In this document: positions 13,870-29,370 of the stretch, in pieces
Layout of the letters: every line of letters begins with the position of its first letter
Position numbering within the stretch: the stretch's first letter is position 1
NCBI RefSeq assembly: GCF_009914755.1
Contig: NC_060928.1
Reading direction: 5' to 3' (one strand)
DNA length: 64,000 nucleotides
Source: the human T2T-CHM13v2.0 reference genome, Homo sapiens
Translations under genes and position numbers: made by a program
Notes under the pieces: model-generated
The model's database searches: none
The model's input: the letters and a program-made list of their open reading frames with translations, nothing else
Told to the model about the DNA's origin: nothing

Positions 13870-15650
13870 GGTTTATTGAGAAATAATGAACACGCCATGC
13901 AATTCACTCATTTAAAGTATAGAATTCATTAACTTTAGTATTTTCAGAGAGCTATGCCATCATCATTACAATTAATTTTAGAACATTTTCATCACCCTAA
14001 AAACAAACCCCACGTCATTTAGCCATCTTCACTAGCTTTCCCTTCCTCCCTCAGCCCTAGGGAACCACCCACCTTCTTTGTATAGATTTGCCTATAAGCC
14101 TCTGAAATAAAAAGCAAGTGGTCTGCTGGGACTGGCTTATTTCACTTAGCATAATTTTTCATGCTGCATCTGTGCTGTAGCAGGTATTGATGCCGGGTTT
14201 TTGCTCCTTAGTTCAGCTACATCTGGGTTCTTCTCTCGTGACCAGGAAAAATTAAGCATGCAGACACATTGAGGAGGGCAGAATTTATTATGTGAAAGGA
14301 CAGCTCTCAGCAAAGAGAGGGGTCCTGCAAAGAGGTTTCCACCTCACAATTGAATACCAGGATCACATGAGCTGAAGCGGCCAGGCTCCTCCTCTGCATA
14401 AGGCGTGAATTCCTGGTGACTCCACCCCATCCCCCCACTGCATGTGGGCCTCCGGTCTGCTGTGGGCATGTCCAGGCAAGACAAGTCCAGGTTCCCTTAT
14501 CTGCACATAACATCTGGTGTAAACACTTGTGGGGCTGGTTGGAGATTCTCCGGGGACCCTTCCGTATCTGCCTAGGCATTTTGCTGTCTCCTCCTAATAC
14601 GGTATCTGTACTTAATTTCTTCTTATTGCTGAGTAATATTCCATTGTATGGATACATCAAACATTTTATTTATCCATTCGCCAGGTGATGGACCTTTGGG
14701 TTCTCTCCCACCCAAAGGTGACAGACGTTCTGGTTCTTTCCACCTTTTGACTACTATTAATAATGCTGCTGTAAACATTTATGTATGAGTTTTTGTGTTT
14801 GCGTATGTTTTTATTTTTCTGGAGTATATACTTATGACTGGAATTTCTGTGTCATATGGTAACTTCATGCTTAACCCTTTAAGGAGCTGCCAGTTTGTTT
14901 TCCAAAGTGGCTGCATCACTTTACATTCCCAGCAGCATTAGATAAAGGTTTTAATTTCTTTACATTTTTCCTAACACTCTTTTTTCTTGAACAAAGATTT
15001 TATCCTGTGGTGTGAAGTGATACCACATGTGGTTTTGATTTACATTTTCCTAATGACTAATTACATTAAGCATCTATTAATGTGCTTATCCATCTTTATA
15101 TCTTCTTTGCAGATATATCTATTCAAAATCTTTGCCCATTTTTTAAAATTGGCTTATCTTGTTATTTATTAATTGCAAGAGTTATTTATATTTCCTATAT
15201 ATGTAAGTCCCTTATCAGATACACGCTTTTCAAATACTTTCTTCTACTTGGCGTCTTACCTTTTCACTTCTTCATACTGTCTTCTGAGGCACAGCAGTTT
15301 TCAATTTTGAAGTCCATTGAATCCATTTTTCCTTTGGAGTCATAGCTAAGAAAACACTGGCAAATGCAGTCACAAAGATTTATGCCAGTGTTTTCTTCTG
15401 AGGGTTTTATAGTTTTAGCTTTTACAGTTAACTATTTTATTTTGAGTTAATTATTAAATAAGATATTTGGTCGAACTTTATTTATTTTTTGCTTATGGAT
15501 ACCCAGTTGTCCCAGCACCATTTGTTGAAAAGACTATTCTTTTCCCATTTTGTTCTTTTGTTAAGCTTGTATAAAATCAATTGACTGTAAAAGTGCAGGC
15601 TTATTTTTAGATTGTCAATTCTTAGCTTGTTTATGTCTATTCTTATGTCA
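13870..15650 (-). mobile_element. L1MB-like element interrupted by a solo LTR
   Basis: L1M 3'UTR/ORF2-end motifs (TTTATTGAGAAATAAT..., CCCAGCACCATTTGTTGAAAAGACT). The L1 sequence is continuous across the LTR. Confidence 0.8.
14188..14601 (-). mobile_element. ERV1 (MER4-group) solo LTR
   Basis: Begins TGATGC...TTTTTGCTCCTTAGTTCAGCT, is about 414 bp long and is flanked by a 4-bp GTAT duplication. The exact family is uncertain. Confidence 0.75.
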
Positions 15651-16979
15651 AGGCCCAATCGAATTGAATGAGAAGTTTTTTTCAATCATGTTGCATATTA
15701 CCAGTTATCTTATGTCATAATAAAAATTAAATTTAGTGGAATGTCTGTAACTTCACATTTTGTGTCACAAAGGAGTCTCTGGCCAGCTTATACCTTACTT
15801 CCTCTAAGACATGATCAGACGCCAGGCTTACAAGACACACTTAATTTCTTTTTTTCTCCATTCAAGCCTTTAGTCTCTTTTCCATTACCTCCCACTATAG
15901 TTATATTTTCAGTAAGTTTTGGTTACAGGATCTGCTGACATAGTCTAATATTCAGTGCATTATGTTTTACTAACTCATTATAATTCATAGAACCTTCCAT
16001 AGATGTTTACCATCTAGGAAGGAGAAGTTTAAGTCTGAGCCACCAGCTTTCCTCAGTGGAAATCAAGTGAAGTCATCATCTTGCAGTTTACAGACCCTCT
16101 TTTCTCCTGGTAGCTGGTTCTCTTGGGTAGCACTGTGGCTAATCCTTTTCTTAGTGCAGATCTTGCATTCTCAGAAACCACAGTTCCCTGTATTGACCTC
16201 CTTTTACTGAAACAGAGATGCACAGCTCTGCTTTCTAGCTCAGTAGAGGATTCTTGGAATAAAACGTTTAATTCATTCCAAGAAAAAGTCTTAGGAGTGC
16301 AGCACTTCAAAATCAGGTAACGTTCAGGCAATTTATCAGAGACACATAGTAGATTAGTATTTTGAGTTTCAAAATTTCAGAGCCAAGTTGTGTGCTATAG
16401 AGAAGCATTGTGGCATAACATAGAGATGGGATGGTTTTTACTTCTCCATACAAACAAGCTTGGAGTAAGGTAAAGGAGAAATCGCATTTGTGTCTTAACA
16501 CTCAAAACACACTATGCTTATTTTACTTCTGTGAAGAATAAAAATCATTCCATAATATTCTCCTTATTTCCTCATTTAGAAAAGAAAATGAAAATTGAAT
16601 ACTAGGTTGATTAATAAATACTCAAAACTTCTTCTTTTAGAATTTTAGTTAATTGAAATCAGGTAAATGTCTGATTTTGCCTATGTCACCCAGTATTTCT
16701 AGTTGTTTTTCAAATCATACATCTTCTTGCTTCCCAGTCTTACTTCCTAACTTGAGGGGAAATTGTAAGAAGACACCCTTGCCTTGTTATCAGAGTTCAT
16801 AATTGAAGTTGTTTTAGGAAAATTCCTCCTCAGCAGCTTATGTCTCTCTCCTGGTTATCTACTGCTTCTCAATAATGTTTGACATCAATAAATATCAACC
16901 TTTATTAGATCCTGCTTTAAAGGAGACTCTTTTCTGCTGCATAAGTTATGTTTCCTGTTGTCTCTTTTTAAAACTTATT

Positions 16980-17380
16980 TTCCTAACAATTACCCAGAGT
17001 CTTGTGGCTTGAAAGAAAAACATTTATTTTGTTCATGAACCTGTGGTTGGGGAAAAACTTGGCCAAGACAGCTTGTCTCTGCTCCCTTCAGCTTCCCTAG
17101 GAACAGCTGATCAGTTGGGGAAATGGAATCCTCTGAAGCTTTGGTCACCCACTTGTTTGATGGTTGATGCTGGCCATCGGCTGTAAACTTGGTTGGGACA
17201 GGCAGCATGAACACTGACACAGGCACTTTCAGGCTCTCTTTGTGGCCTGATGGCTCTCACAATTGGGGCAGGGTTCCAAGGGAAAACAGTCTGAGATAGG
17301 GAAGCCACATGGTATCCCTTTCACTACATTCTACTCATTAGAAGGAAGTCAGTAAGGCTGGCCCATATTCTGTTTTTTAA
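16980..17380. mobile_element. MLT1-family MaLR LTR
   Basis: TAACAATTACCC...GTGGCTTGAAA...CATTTATT...GGTTGATGCTGGCCATCGGCTG are typical MLT1 motifs. Confidence 0.65.
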
Positions 17381-17399
17381 ATGGGATGAATGTAGCTTC

Positions 17400-19135
17400 T
17401 CTTTTGTTTTAATTGACACATATATACATAATTGTGGGCTATAGAGTGATATTTTTATACATGTATATAGTGTGTAATGATCAATCTAACTACCACATTT
17501 ACTACTTCAACCATTTTTCATTTCTTTGAATTGTGAACATTCAAAATTTTCTGGCTTTTTAAAAATATACAATAAGTCATAGTTAACCATATTCACCCTA
17601 CAATGCCACAGAACACCAGAACTCACTCCTCTTATCTAACTGTAATTCTGTATCCATTAACCAGCCTCCCCTCCCCTACTTCTGTGAGCTTTTTTTTTGT
17701 TAAGAGACGGGGTCTTGCTAGTATAGTCTGGACTCTGGGCAACTGTAGTCACCCAGACTGGAGACAGTGGTTTGATCATAGTTCACTACAGCTTCAAACT
17801 CTTGGGCCCATCTGATCCTCACACCTCAGTCTCCTGAGCAGCTGGCATTATGGGCATGCACCATTGCACATGTCTGATTTTTGACTTTGTAGAGATATCT
17901 CCCTATGTTGCCCAGGGAGCTCTGGAACTTTTGGCCTCAAATGATTCTCTTGCCTTGGTCTTACAAAGAGCTAGGAAATTACAGGCATCAGCCATATTGC
18001 CCAGCCTTCAATTTTCCTTTAGCTCCCTTACATGAGTAAGAATGTGCAGTATTTATCTTTCTGTGTCTGCACTTAACATCCGTCAGACTGATCCACGTGG
18101 CCACGAATAACAGGATTTAATTCCTTTATACGGTGAATAGTATTCCACTGTGTTTGTGTGCCACAGTTTTTCGTCCATTCATTTGGTGATGGACATGTAG
18201 GTTGATTCCATACACAAGCTGTTGTGGATAGTGCTACAGTAAACATATGAGGACAGATATCCTTTTGATCTATTGTTTTCTTTTCTATTGCCTGAATACC
18301 CGGTAGTGGGGTTGCTGGATCCCTCGGCAGTCCCATTATTAGTTTTTTTGAGAAAACCTCCTGTTATTCTCTATTGCGGCTGCACTAATTTACCTTCCCA
18401 CCAACAGCATGTAAGAGTTTACTGTTCTCTGGAGCCTCACCAGCATTTGTTATTTTTTTGTATTTTCAATGACAGCAATTTATTCAAATTGAAGCAAGAT
18501 TATATCACATTGTAGATTTGATTTGTATTTCCCTGAGGATTAGTGATACTGAGCATTTTAAAATTTATTTATTGGCTATTTGTATTTCTTTTTCTAAAAA
18601 AAAGTATAGTTAGATATTTTGCCCAATTTTAAACTCAGATTTTTTTTACTGTGAAGTTGTTTGAGTTTTTTTGTATATTTTGTATATTAGTCCCTTATTA
18701 GGTGAATAGCTTGACAATATTTTCTCCTATTCTACAGGTTTTCTCTTCGCTCAGTTGTTTGCTGGACAGAAGCTCTTTAGCTTAATGTAGTGTCTTTTGT
18801 CTATGATTTGTTGTTTGCCTATGCTTCTGATGTCTTACCCATAAAAATCTTTGTGCAGACTAATGTCCTCAAGCATTTTCCCTATATTTACTTAGAGTAG
18901 TTTGATAATTTTGGGCCTTACATTTCAGTCTTCAATCGATTCTGAGTTTATGTTGTTATATGGTGTTACATAGGAAGCTAGTATCATTCTTCTCCATATG
19001 GATATTTAGTTTTCCCAGTGTCATTCATTTGAAGAGGCTGTCCTTTCCCCAGCGTATGTTCTTGGCATGTTCGTCCAAAATCAGTTGGCTGGAAATATGT
19101 GGATTTATTTCTGGGTGCCGTATTCTATGGTCTTT
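17400..19135 (-). mobile_element. L1MA-like 3' portion with a nested Alu
   Basis: TTTTAATTGACACAT...ATGAGTAAGAATGTGCAGTATTT...TCCCACCAACAG...ATCAGTTGGCTG. Confidence 0.8.
17690..18006 (-). mobile_element. AluJ (diverged)
   Basis: Reverse Alu with TGATCATAGTTCACTACAGCTTCAAACTC. Confidence 0.8.
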
Positions 19136-19250
19136 ACCCCAAGAATCATTACTTCTTAAAATGCAATTCAAATTAGCATGAAACATTTGCAGTTTAAGGA
19201 AAGGCTTATAGCATCAGAATCCTTAATCATAGATTTCATTATTTTGTGGA

Positions 19251-19538
19251 TTTTTTTTTGAGATAGGGTCTTTGTCTGTCATCCAGGCAGAAGTGCAGTG
19301 ATAATAATTCACTGCAGCCCTGAACTCTGGGTACAAGCCATCCTTTTGCCTCAGTATCCCAACTAGCTGGGTCTACAGGCATGAGCCACCATGCCCGGGT
19401 AATTAAAAATTTTTTTTTTTGTAGAGAGGGGGGTCTCACTATGTTGCTCTTACTGATCTCAAATTCCTGGCCTCAAGTGATCTTTCTGCCACAGCTTTTT
19501 AAAGTGCTAGGATTACAGGCATGAGCCACCATGCCTAA
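19251..19538 (-). mobile_element. AluJ
   Basis: Reverse dimeric Alu (GGGTCTCACTATGTTGC, GGCCTCAAGTGATC). Confidence 0.85.
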
Positions 19539-19886
19539 TATAGAGTGTAATATCATTTTCAAAATCTTATTCCTAGACCCATTTATTGACTTTGGCCTAA
19601 ATAACTCAATATGATATCTCTGAAACTTTTTTTGACATATTGTGGGGAATAATAATGAAGGAAGGGGGTTAGACACTTTTTACTAGGAGATAACTTTGTG
19701 CCATTTAAGGAGGAACAAAAATGAATTATCAGAAAAATAAAAGTAAAATGAAGTACAAAAATTCTGTGGCAAAGATGGTGATAGTAAAGAATATATTTTT
19801 ATGACTCATGGTAGCTTTAACTTTGTTCTTAAAATTCTGAGTAATTTAAGGGTTCACATTTGAAGAATCTGCTGCATTACAGATAA

Positions 19887-20368
<482 letters not shown>

Positions 20369-20876
20369 GTGTTTCCTCTGCCTCTCTTGTAGCAATCTGC
20401 TTTGTAGAGTTCTAGAAAAAAATGGTATCTGTTTTTTCTTTTAAATATTTAAATTTCCATTATTATTATAACAAAATCAATCTTTCAGAGTAATGATTCT
20501 CATTATGGAGTCATTTGATGATTAAGACCAGTTGGCATAGGAAAAAATTGTGATTTAGAAATTATGTGATAATTATGAATTGGTCTTAAGCTACAGTGTT
20601 CATTGATCACTTTTTAAAACTATGAATGGATGCTATTACTTTTTATATGACCAGATTACATTAATACTAGCATAATTATGATTTCAAATTTTTACAAATC
20701 AGACTTAATTCTGAATTCAGTTATTAGTTTTGATATTGCTGAAATATTTTAAACTTCATCCTCTTTTTTAACATATTCAAAAATGCTCTTTGAATCACTG
20801 ACTCAAAATGAAAGGCAACAAACATAATAATTAGGTTATAATTGTTTTAAAAGTGTATTCTTTTCCTCTGTTTTAG

Positions 20877-21091
<215 letters not shown>

Positions 21092-22435
21092 TAAGTCAAA
21101 ACATACACTCATAGAAAATGAATTAAGCTCATTAATTTGTTTCAAAAGCATAATTTTTAGTGAGATGGCTTCAGGAGATTAGAAGGAAGTGAATGCTAAT
21201 TTGACAATGTAATTTTGAAAAATAATGTTAGTAAATAATTTTACCTTTAAAATGTTAGTCAAAGATAGTTTTTGTCTCTCCTTTCATTTTTTTTTTTTTT
21301 TTTTGCTTTTGTATGGCTTTTTTTCCTGAAAAGTCTCATGTAATTAACCTGATCTATTAGTTTTTTTCACTAAGTATTTTTGAAGTTTTATAATTAATGA
21401 AGTGATCTTGTTATAAAATTACTTGTCAGAATTTCCCTAAATAGAAATATTAATGTGTTTAATTTACTTTTCAGTGGATCACAACCTAAATGTAAAGTGG
21501 TACTGCTACTCTGGGCACAATTGTTTTTGATTGTGATCTTTAGTATTATCACCAGAGGGTGCCTCAAGAAAGACTATTTGTGTAACATATTCAAGATGTT
21601 ACAGAAAGGCACCCTTGTGAAATAGGGAATAATTATCACAGGAATTTAAAGAAGTGTAATTCACAAAGCGGTTAAAAAATAACACCTTGTTCAGCCTGAA
21701 GCGGTGTGTGGAAGGCAGAAAGAACATGCCCCCACCTCCAGGGCCTTGGTCACAGTGTTGGGGGCTAATTGCCTTCAGAGATGCTTTAGTTCTTTTTGAT
21801 CACCAACCAGACAATCTAGTTCTCCCCTAGGAGTTGTTGCTCTGAATTATTCCTCAGTGCCAAATGTTTAATTGGTCCTAGATAATGGGTGAAATGTACA
21901 AGAGTGAAATCTAAAACTGGTTTACTAAACACAAGTATTCCTAGATTTTTTTTCGTTCATTTTAGTTTTCTTAACCTACATTAAGGAGTACAACATGATG
22001 TTTTGATATAATTATTTCTAGTGAAGTGGTTCTTATAATCAAGCAAATCAATATATTCATTTTCCCACATTATTACCCTTTAAATACAAGTATTTCTAAT
22101 GGAATCTTCAGAATCTTACAAGTAGAGCCATTTTAGAAGGCAGGAAGTTTTACCTGTTGAGCCATACATCACTGATAGCCATTTCTCTTCCCTGTCTACT
22201 TTGTTTGAACTGCTTGTTCAGTAGAAATCACCTTAGAAACAATGGTGCTTCTTTAGAACGATTTTAAAATTATAATTCCTTACAACAGGTATGCTCTTAC
22301 ACATCTTCTCTGTGAAAACACTATTTAGTGGGTAATTTGGTTTACTCTCAGGGTAAGTTTTTAAAAACTGCAAGTCATTAAGAATCATTTAAGGAAAAAT
22401 GAAATATTAAGCATTTGTCTTTGCTATCTTTACAG

Positions 22436-22656
<221 letters not shown>

Positions 22657-23012
22657 GTTAGTTATATGACCGTTTCTCTTTAGGGTTTCATTTGTCTAGC
22701 GTAATTCTTGTTTATAATTTGGTGAAACACTGAGTTGTTCTGTTGACTTTTGCATGTGAAGTAAAGATCATAATTAGCTGTGTTAACACAGAAAGGAAAT
22801 GGGAACTTTACATTTTTTAATTCCCTGGAGCTCTCATTTTCAAGAGATATCCATTTGCTAACTTTATTCAATAAATGTGACTAAACTGACACGTTTGAAA
22901 TGTCTTTAAAAGCTGCATTTAAGTTAGGTTTTAGAAATTGCATGTTATTGCCTGATAACTGATGATATACTTTGAGATGCTTTGGCTTACTCTCTAATTG
23001 ATTGTAGTTTAG

Positions 23013-23327
<315 letters not shown>

Positions 23328-23355
23328 CATGCCACTTTTAAAGTTTCTTTGCACC

Positions 23356-23661
23356 AGCCAGGTGTGGTGGCTCATGCCTGTAATCCCAGCACTTTGGGAG
23401 GCTGAGGCAGGTGTATCACGAGGTCAGGAGTTCAAGATCAGCCTGGCCAAGGTGGTGAAACCCCATCTCTACTAAAAGTACAAAAAAAATATTAGCCTGG
23501 TGTGGTGGTGGGCACCTGTAATCCCAGCTACTAGGAAGGCTGAGGCAGAGAATTGCTTGAACCTGGGAGACGGAGGTTGCAGGAGCTGAGATTGCACCAC
23601 TGCACTCCAGCCTGGGTGACAGGGCAAGACTCCATCTTGAAAATAAAAAAAAAAATCAAAA
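23356..23661 (+). mobile_element. AluS
   Basis: Full Alu; TSD aaagtttctttgcacc / aaagtttatttgcacc. Confidence 0.92.
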
Positions 23662-23842
23662 AAAGTTTATTTGCACCATCTCAATTCTTCCCACCCATAA
23701 TCACAACTGAATGATTGGCATCCAAACACTTTGCCACATATGGATGTTTATTATTTAGTAGAATCCAAAATAATTGCATTTTATGAATTAAATAAAACAC
23801 TAAAATGTTCATTTCCCTTTTTATGTTAAAAGTTTTGTGCTT

Positions 23843-24136
23843 GGCCAGGCATGGTGGCTCACACTTGTAATCCCAAAATTTGGGGAGGCCGAGGCAGATG
23901 AATCACCTGACGTCAGGAGTTTGAGACCAGCCTGGCCAACATGATGAAACCTGTCTCTAGTAAAAATACAAAAATTAGCAAGGCGTGTTGGCAGGCATGT
24001 GTAATCTCAGATACTCAGGGGGCTGAGGCAGGAGAATCACTTGAACCCAGGAGACAGAGGTTGCAGTAAGCCAAGATCATACCACTGCACTATAGCCTTG
24101 GTGATGGAGACTCTGTCTCAAAACAAAACAAAAAAA
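23843..24136 (+). mobile_element. AluS
   Basis: Full Alu; TSD-like gttttgtgctt / tgtttgtgctt. Confidence 0.9.
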
Positions 24137-24169
24137 TGTTTGTGCTTTCCTTACATAAGAGTACATCTT

Positions 24170-25318
24170 CTGACTATAAAAATCCTGGAAGAAAACCTAG
24201 GAAATACTCTTCTGGATATCATATTTGTCAATTAATTTATGGCTAAGTCCTCAAAAGCAATTGCAAGAATAACAAAAATTGACAAGTGTGATCTAATTTA
24301 GCTAAATAGCTTCTGCACAGCATGAGAAACTATCGCGGGATTAAACAGACAGCCTAAAAGAATGGAAGAAAATATTCACAAAGTATGGATATAGCAAACG
24401 CCTATTATCCAGAAACCATAAGAGACCTAAACAAATCAACAAGCAAAAAATAAATAAGACCATTAAAAATGGGCAAAGGACATGAACAGACAGTTCTCAA
24501 AATAACACACGTAAGTGGCCAACAAACATTAACAAATGCTTACCATTGCTAATCATCAGAAAAATGCCAAACAAAACATCAATGAGATACCATTTCACAC
24601 CAGTCACAATGACTTTTGTTAAAAACAAATAATAAATAAAAACTTAAAAAAAGGGTGTTGGGGAGGCTGTGGAGAAAAGGGAACACAACCCGTTTGTGGC
24701 AATGTAAATTAATTCAGCTACTATGGAGAGCAGTTTGGAAATTAAGAACTAAGAATGACTGTTGGATGCAGCAACCCCATTACTATACTAGGGGTATACC
24801 GAAAGGACAATAAATCATTGTAACAAAAAGATGTATACACATGTATGTTCATTGCAGCACTATTCACAATAGCAAAGACGTGGAGTCAATCCAGGTACAT
24901 CCAAGGTAGATTGAAAATCCAAGGTAGATTGGAAAATTCCATATGTACCATGGAATACTATGCAGCCATGAAAAGAACAAAATCACGTCATTTGCAGCAA
25001 CATGAATACAGCTGGAATCCACTCTCCTAAACAAACCAACGCAGAAACAGAAACCAAATATCTCATGTTTTCACTCATGTGGGAGCTACATATTGGGTGC
25101 ACATTGTCATAAAGGTGGGAATAATAGACACTGGGAAATAAGAATGGGGAGGGACAGAGTGGGCCAGGGTTGAAAAACTACTTCTTGGGTCCTATGCTCA
25201 CAACCTGTGTGATGGGTTTAATTGTACTGCAAACCTCGGTATCCCTCAATATGCCTTTGGAAGAAACTTACAGAGGTACCACGTTAATTTAGAATACAAA
25301 CTAGAAAAAAAAAGAAAA
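24170..25318 (+). mobile_element. L1PB-like 3' fragment
   Basis: ACTATAAAAATCCTGGAAGAAAACCTAGG..., MFIAALFTIAKTW (ORF2 C-terminus), 3'UTR and A-tail. Confidence 0.85.
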
Positions 25319-25462
25319 GTTTCCTATAAGTGGAGAACAGAAATTTCTTTTTAAGATAAAATTTATTGAAGTAAAAAATGGATTAAACTTTTATAAAGGG
25401 CAGAGTTTTCTGAGAATTTCAAAGCAATGCATTCATTGCAAAAGATGGCTTTAGTTACTTAA

Positions 25463-25777
<315 letters not shown>

Positions 25778-26083
25778 ATTGTTTAACCTTTGTACTAATA
25801 AAACACTACCTTTCTAAAATCATGTATATGCAATAGATCAATATTAACTGCATTTTTGTCAGATTACTCTAAACCGCATTACACATATACATCCTCTGTT
25901 ATCTAAACTTAAAATAAGTAGAAATTTTATTTTATTTATGTGATTATTTTTCTATTTAAGCAAACTTCAAGTTATGTCTAGTCACTAAAAATACTAAAGG
26001 CCACATTTTGTAAGTGATACATGATTTTCATTATAATGTTTCTTGTTTAATTTAGACATTATTATTATTTTTACTTACTTTAG

Positions 26084-26129
26084 ATGGGGCTGGACTGTGT
26101 AGAATAAATAATTAGAGAAACAAAGAGAA
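26084..26129 (+). pseudogene. Short penultimate exon (MGLDCVE*IIRETKR)
   Basis: ctttag|ATG ... A|gtacgt; in-frame TAA; positional equivalent of ANKRD26 MQQELEKNITRELKE. Confidence 0.65.
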
Positions 26130-26599
26130 GTACGTTGACAAAATTTATTAATTAAATTTAGGTTTATTTTAGAAATAAAGTGTAAATAGCAAATGGCATT
26201 CCTTTTCATTCTTGGGTTAGTAGATACTACATCAATATTTTTTTTCTTACACACATCTAATGAAAGATGTGAAAACAAAAACTTTCACAGAGAAGACTGT
26301 ACTTATGCACCATAAATTCATCATGTTCCAAAGCTTAAACAGTTCCCAAGAAGTCTGTGCATCTCTTTTTCACTGGCTCTACACTTTCTTAAGTTTTGCC
26401 ATCCTCATGGAACTGTCAGCCAGCACACTGAAACGATTCTCAGAAAACAAAAGCATCATCAAGTTCTCAGGGTTTTGGTAGAGATTGAAGGCCAACAGAC
26501 CTAAGACTCATTCAGAAATACTTAGCTGAGCAATAACCCTTCATAAGCAGTCACTTGACAGGTGACATTTTAAATCTCCTCTAATTTACTGTGTCATTG

Positions 26600-27092
26600 G
26601 CTTACACTTGTTCTCAGGAAAAGTTCCAAATTTTTCACCATGAAATAAAAACACCCATGTCAATGTAATTCTTGCCAAGTTACTCAGCCTTGTTTCTCAC
26701 CACTTATTGCACTCTGCCCTTTGCTGTAGCACCAAACTGGATGGAGTGGAACTCTGCAGGGCTCTTCCTCACCTCAGGCTCTTTGCCTTTGCCTCTTTCC
26801 TCTATCTGGGAAGCTTTTCCTTGTCCTTCAGGCATCAACCTATGTTATCTCCTCCACCAGAAAGCCCATGATATTGACATAAAAGTGGGTAGATGTCCTT
26901 TCTCTGTGTTCCAGTAGTGCCCTGCTGTATACCTGTCATGGTATCTATGACTCTATATGGACATTTCCTGCCTGTCTGTTTTTTAGGTTATAGCTTATGA
27001 CTGTTGAGAGGTGGACCATGCCATCTTCATCTTGTAATTCCAGTGCTGGTTCTAGTACCTTAGCATGTGGCTGTTGATTACATGAATGAAGA
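26600..27092 (+). mobile_element. L2 3' fragment
   Basis: CCTCAGGCTCTTTGCCTTTGCC..., TTCATCTTGTAATTCCAGTGCT..., ending TGAATGAA. Confidence 0.6.
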
Positions 27093-27294
27093 CTGAAAAA
27101 GCTCTGATATTTAAACACAGTTAGAATTAATGCCATGTGTAAATTATTAAATAGTAATTTTGTGTTGTATATGTACATACATATTTCTCACTTATTAACT
27201 CTGATAAAGTTCTCAAGTCTTTAGTTTTTAAACTCACACTTAGTTAACTGAAGTGTTTTAGGTAAAGAACAAAATTCTTTATTTTTCTTTCCAG

Positions 27295-27980
27295 CTGTTG
27301 CTGTATTGGACACTTGCTCCCATCTACTTTCTTCTCTAGAATCCACGGGTAAGCCACATCTAATGAAGAGAATATTTAACCATAAAGTCTTAAGGAAAAA
27401 TTCTATGATGATTTAAAAGATTATAAAACTTTATTACTGGGCTATTTACACATTTTAATTGTTTCTCATGAAATATATAACATTCCAATGTTTACTGAAG
27501 TAGGATATTTTTGTATCATATGTATGATTATAATTTATAGGGTATTTTAAATGATGTTTTTTGGCCTCCTTAAGTTTTAAGTGGATCTTGCAAATGAAAA
27601 CCAGTATTATTGAGTTTGACATATTCAAATTGCCCAAATGTCAGCTGTTTAAACAACCAAGTCATCATTGATACTTTAGTAAAGGTTAGTAAAGGTCATC
27701 GAAGGCTTATTTGCATTTTACAGTTTTTATTACTTAGGAGAGTTAAGTAGTACCTGCAAGGTTTGTCCATGCTAATGTTACAATTTTCTTTTTGTAGTTC
27801 AACCGTATTTTGTATGGAGATACTTTGAGGCTCTGTAAATATCTGGTTACTCCTCAGAACCCACTAGATTTAGCATTTCATGGATGACTTGTGTTTGAAC
27901 AATTATTACTATGATAGTTACCAGATGATTATTTTCTTATTCTCCTCTTTGTTCTACATGGAGAAATAAAACCAATAAAT
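27295..27980 (+). pseudogene. ANKRD26-type terminal exon plus 3'UTR
   Basis: tttccag|CT acceptor. Open frame VAVLDTCSHLLSSLEST...VLRKNSMMI* (TAA 27414-27416) resembles the recalled ANKRD26 C-terminus VLKKNYMI*. Confidence 0.7.
27965..27979 (+). promoter_or_regulatory. Tandem AATAAA polyadenylation signals (candidate)
   Basis: AATAAA at 27965-27970 and 27974-27979, about 550 bp after the terminal-exon stop. Confidence 0.5.
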
Positions 27981-28734
27981 AAGGGAGAAGGAAAGCTCAT
28001 GATTCTGATGCTCCAATTCCCCAAGATTAGGCCAGTAGTAGACATTCCAAGCTGACTTTATGTCTCTTTGATTTGTCTCCATTACTCCGTCGGCACTTTT
28101 TTACTTTCTGGCAGAAGATGTTCTAAGCTCAGCTTGTATTTTCTCTGCGCCAGCTCTGGAATGAGTAATTTTTTTTAGAAGCAGAGGTGGAGCCACTGAG
28201 GAAGCACAGGTGAGCCCTCCCCAGTGTGTACTCACTGGTCCCCAACAGAAGAACCACTGCCACATCCACTGAAGTACCAAGAAACTAGCAAAGGGCCTTC
28301 TGCCTGTCTGGGGAGAGTCCTCATGTGGTCCCTGGCTGTCTCAGAGGTTCTGGATTAGTCTTCCTGTAGCCTCTGTGTTGTGTCTTTAGATCGGGGCTCT
28401 GTGGGAAGGGCCCTGAGAGACCCAACAGCACAGCGTGCCTTATCTGCCAAAAGTCCCTCCCTTCCTCACACTCTGACACTCAGGAATAGGGTAGATGGTG
28501 TGTCCAGGCAGTGTCAGGCCACCTCACTTTCTCCTTTGAGACGGGCCCAGAGTGCCTTTGGGGTGAGTGTGGATCTCGGAACCTGGAGCCTGAGGCCAAC
28601 TGTCTCTCCCTGTGTCTTGGAGGAAAGGCCACGTCCCAAAAAAACCCCCAGGGCCTGACCTCTGGGCACACATGCAGGGAGGGAGGGTCTATGAGCTGAG
28701 GGGGACATTGTAATGAGACTTTGAACCCCATTGC

Positions 28735-29370
28735 TCCGGGGCCTGGTCAGTGGACCATGGTCAGAGATGACCTGGTCATCAGGACCTGGTCATTTGGGAC
28801 CTGATCAGCAGGGGCCTGGTTAGTGGCGGCCTCCTCAGTAAAGGCCTCATCAATGGGGACCTGGTGACCTAGTCATTGGAAGCCTGGTCAGTGGGGGGAC
28901 CTAGTCAGTGGTGGCTTTATTAGTGGGGCCTGATCTGTTGGAACATAAACAATGAAAAACTGGTTGGTGGGGCATACACAATATATCACGGGCCTGGTCA
29001 GTGTGGGGCCTTAGTGGCTTGGAGCCTGGTCAGTGAGGGCCTGGTCAGAGGGGGCTCAGTCAGCTGGGTACTCGTTCATGGAGAATTGTTCAGTGGGGGG
29101 TCGGTTGAGCAGCAACCTGGTAAATTGTGGTCTTGTCAGTGGGAACCCTGTCTTGTCAATGGGGACCAGGTCAGTGGAAAATTGGTCAGTGGGGTCTGGC
29201 CCATGAGGCCTATTAAGTGTGGGCCTGGTTAGGAAGACATGGTCAGTGGGGACTTGATCAGTGGGACCTGGTCAATGGAGGAGTGGTCATTAGGGGTCTC
29301 ATCACTCATCACTGGGAACCTGGTCAGGGGCAGTTTGTCAGTACCTGGCCTGCTGGCCACTATGTGACCT
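28735..29370. repeat. Degenerate GGGGCCTGGTCAGT minisatellite, block 1
   Basis: Dozens of 14-18-bp variants of gggg(a/c)cctggtcagt. Confidence 0.85.

Noticed and set aside
28759-28772. GGTCA-GAGA-TGACC as an estrogen response element
   Set aside because: The spacer is 4 bp and not 3, and such matches are expected by chance in this repeat.
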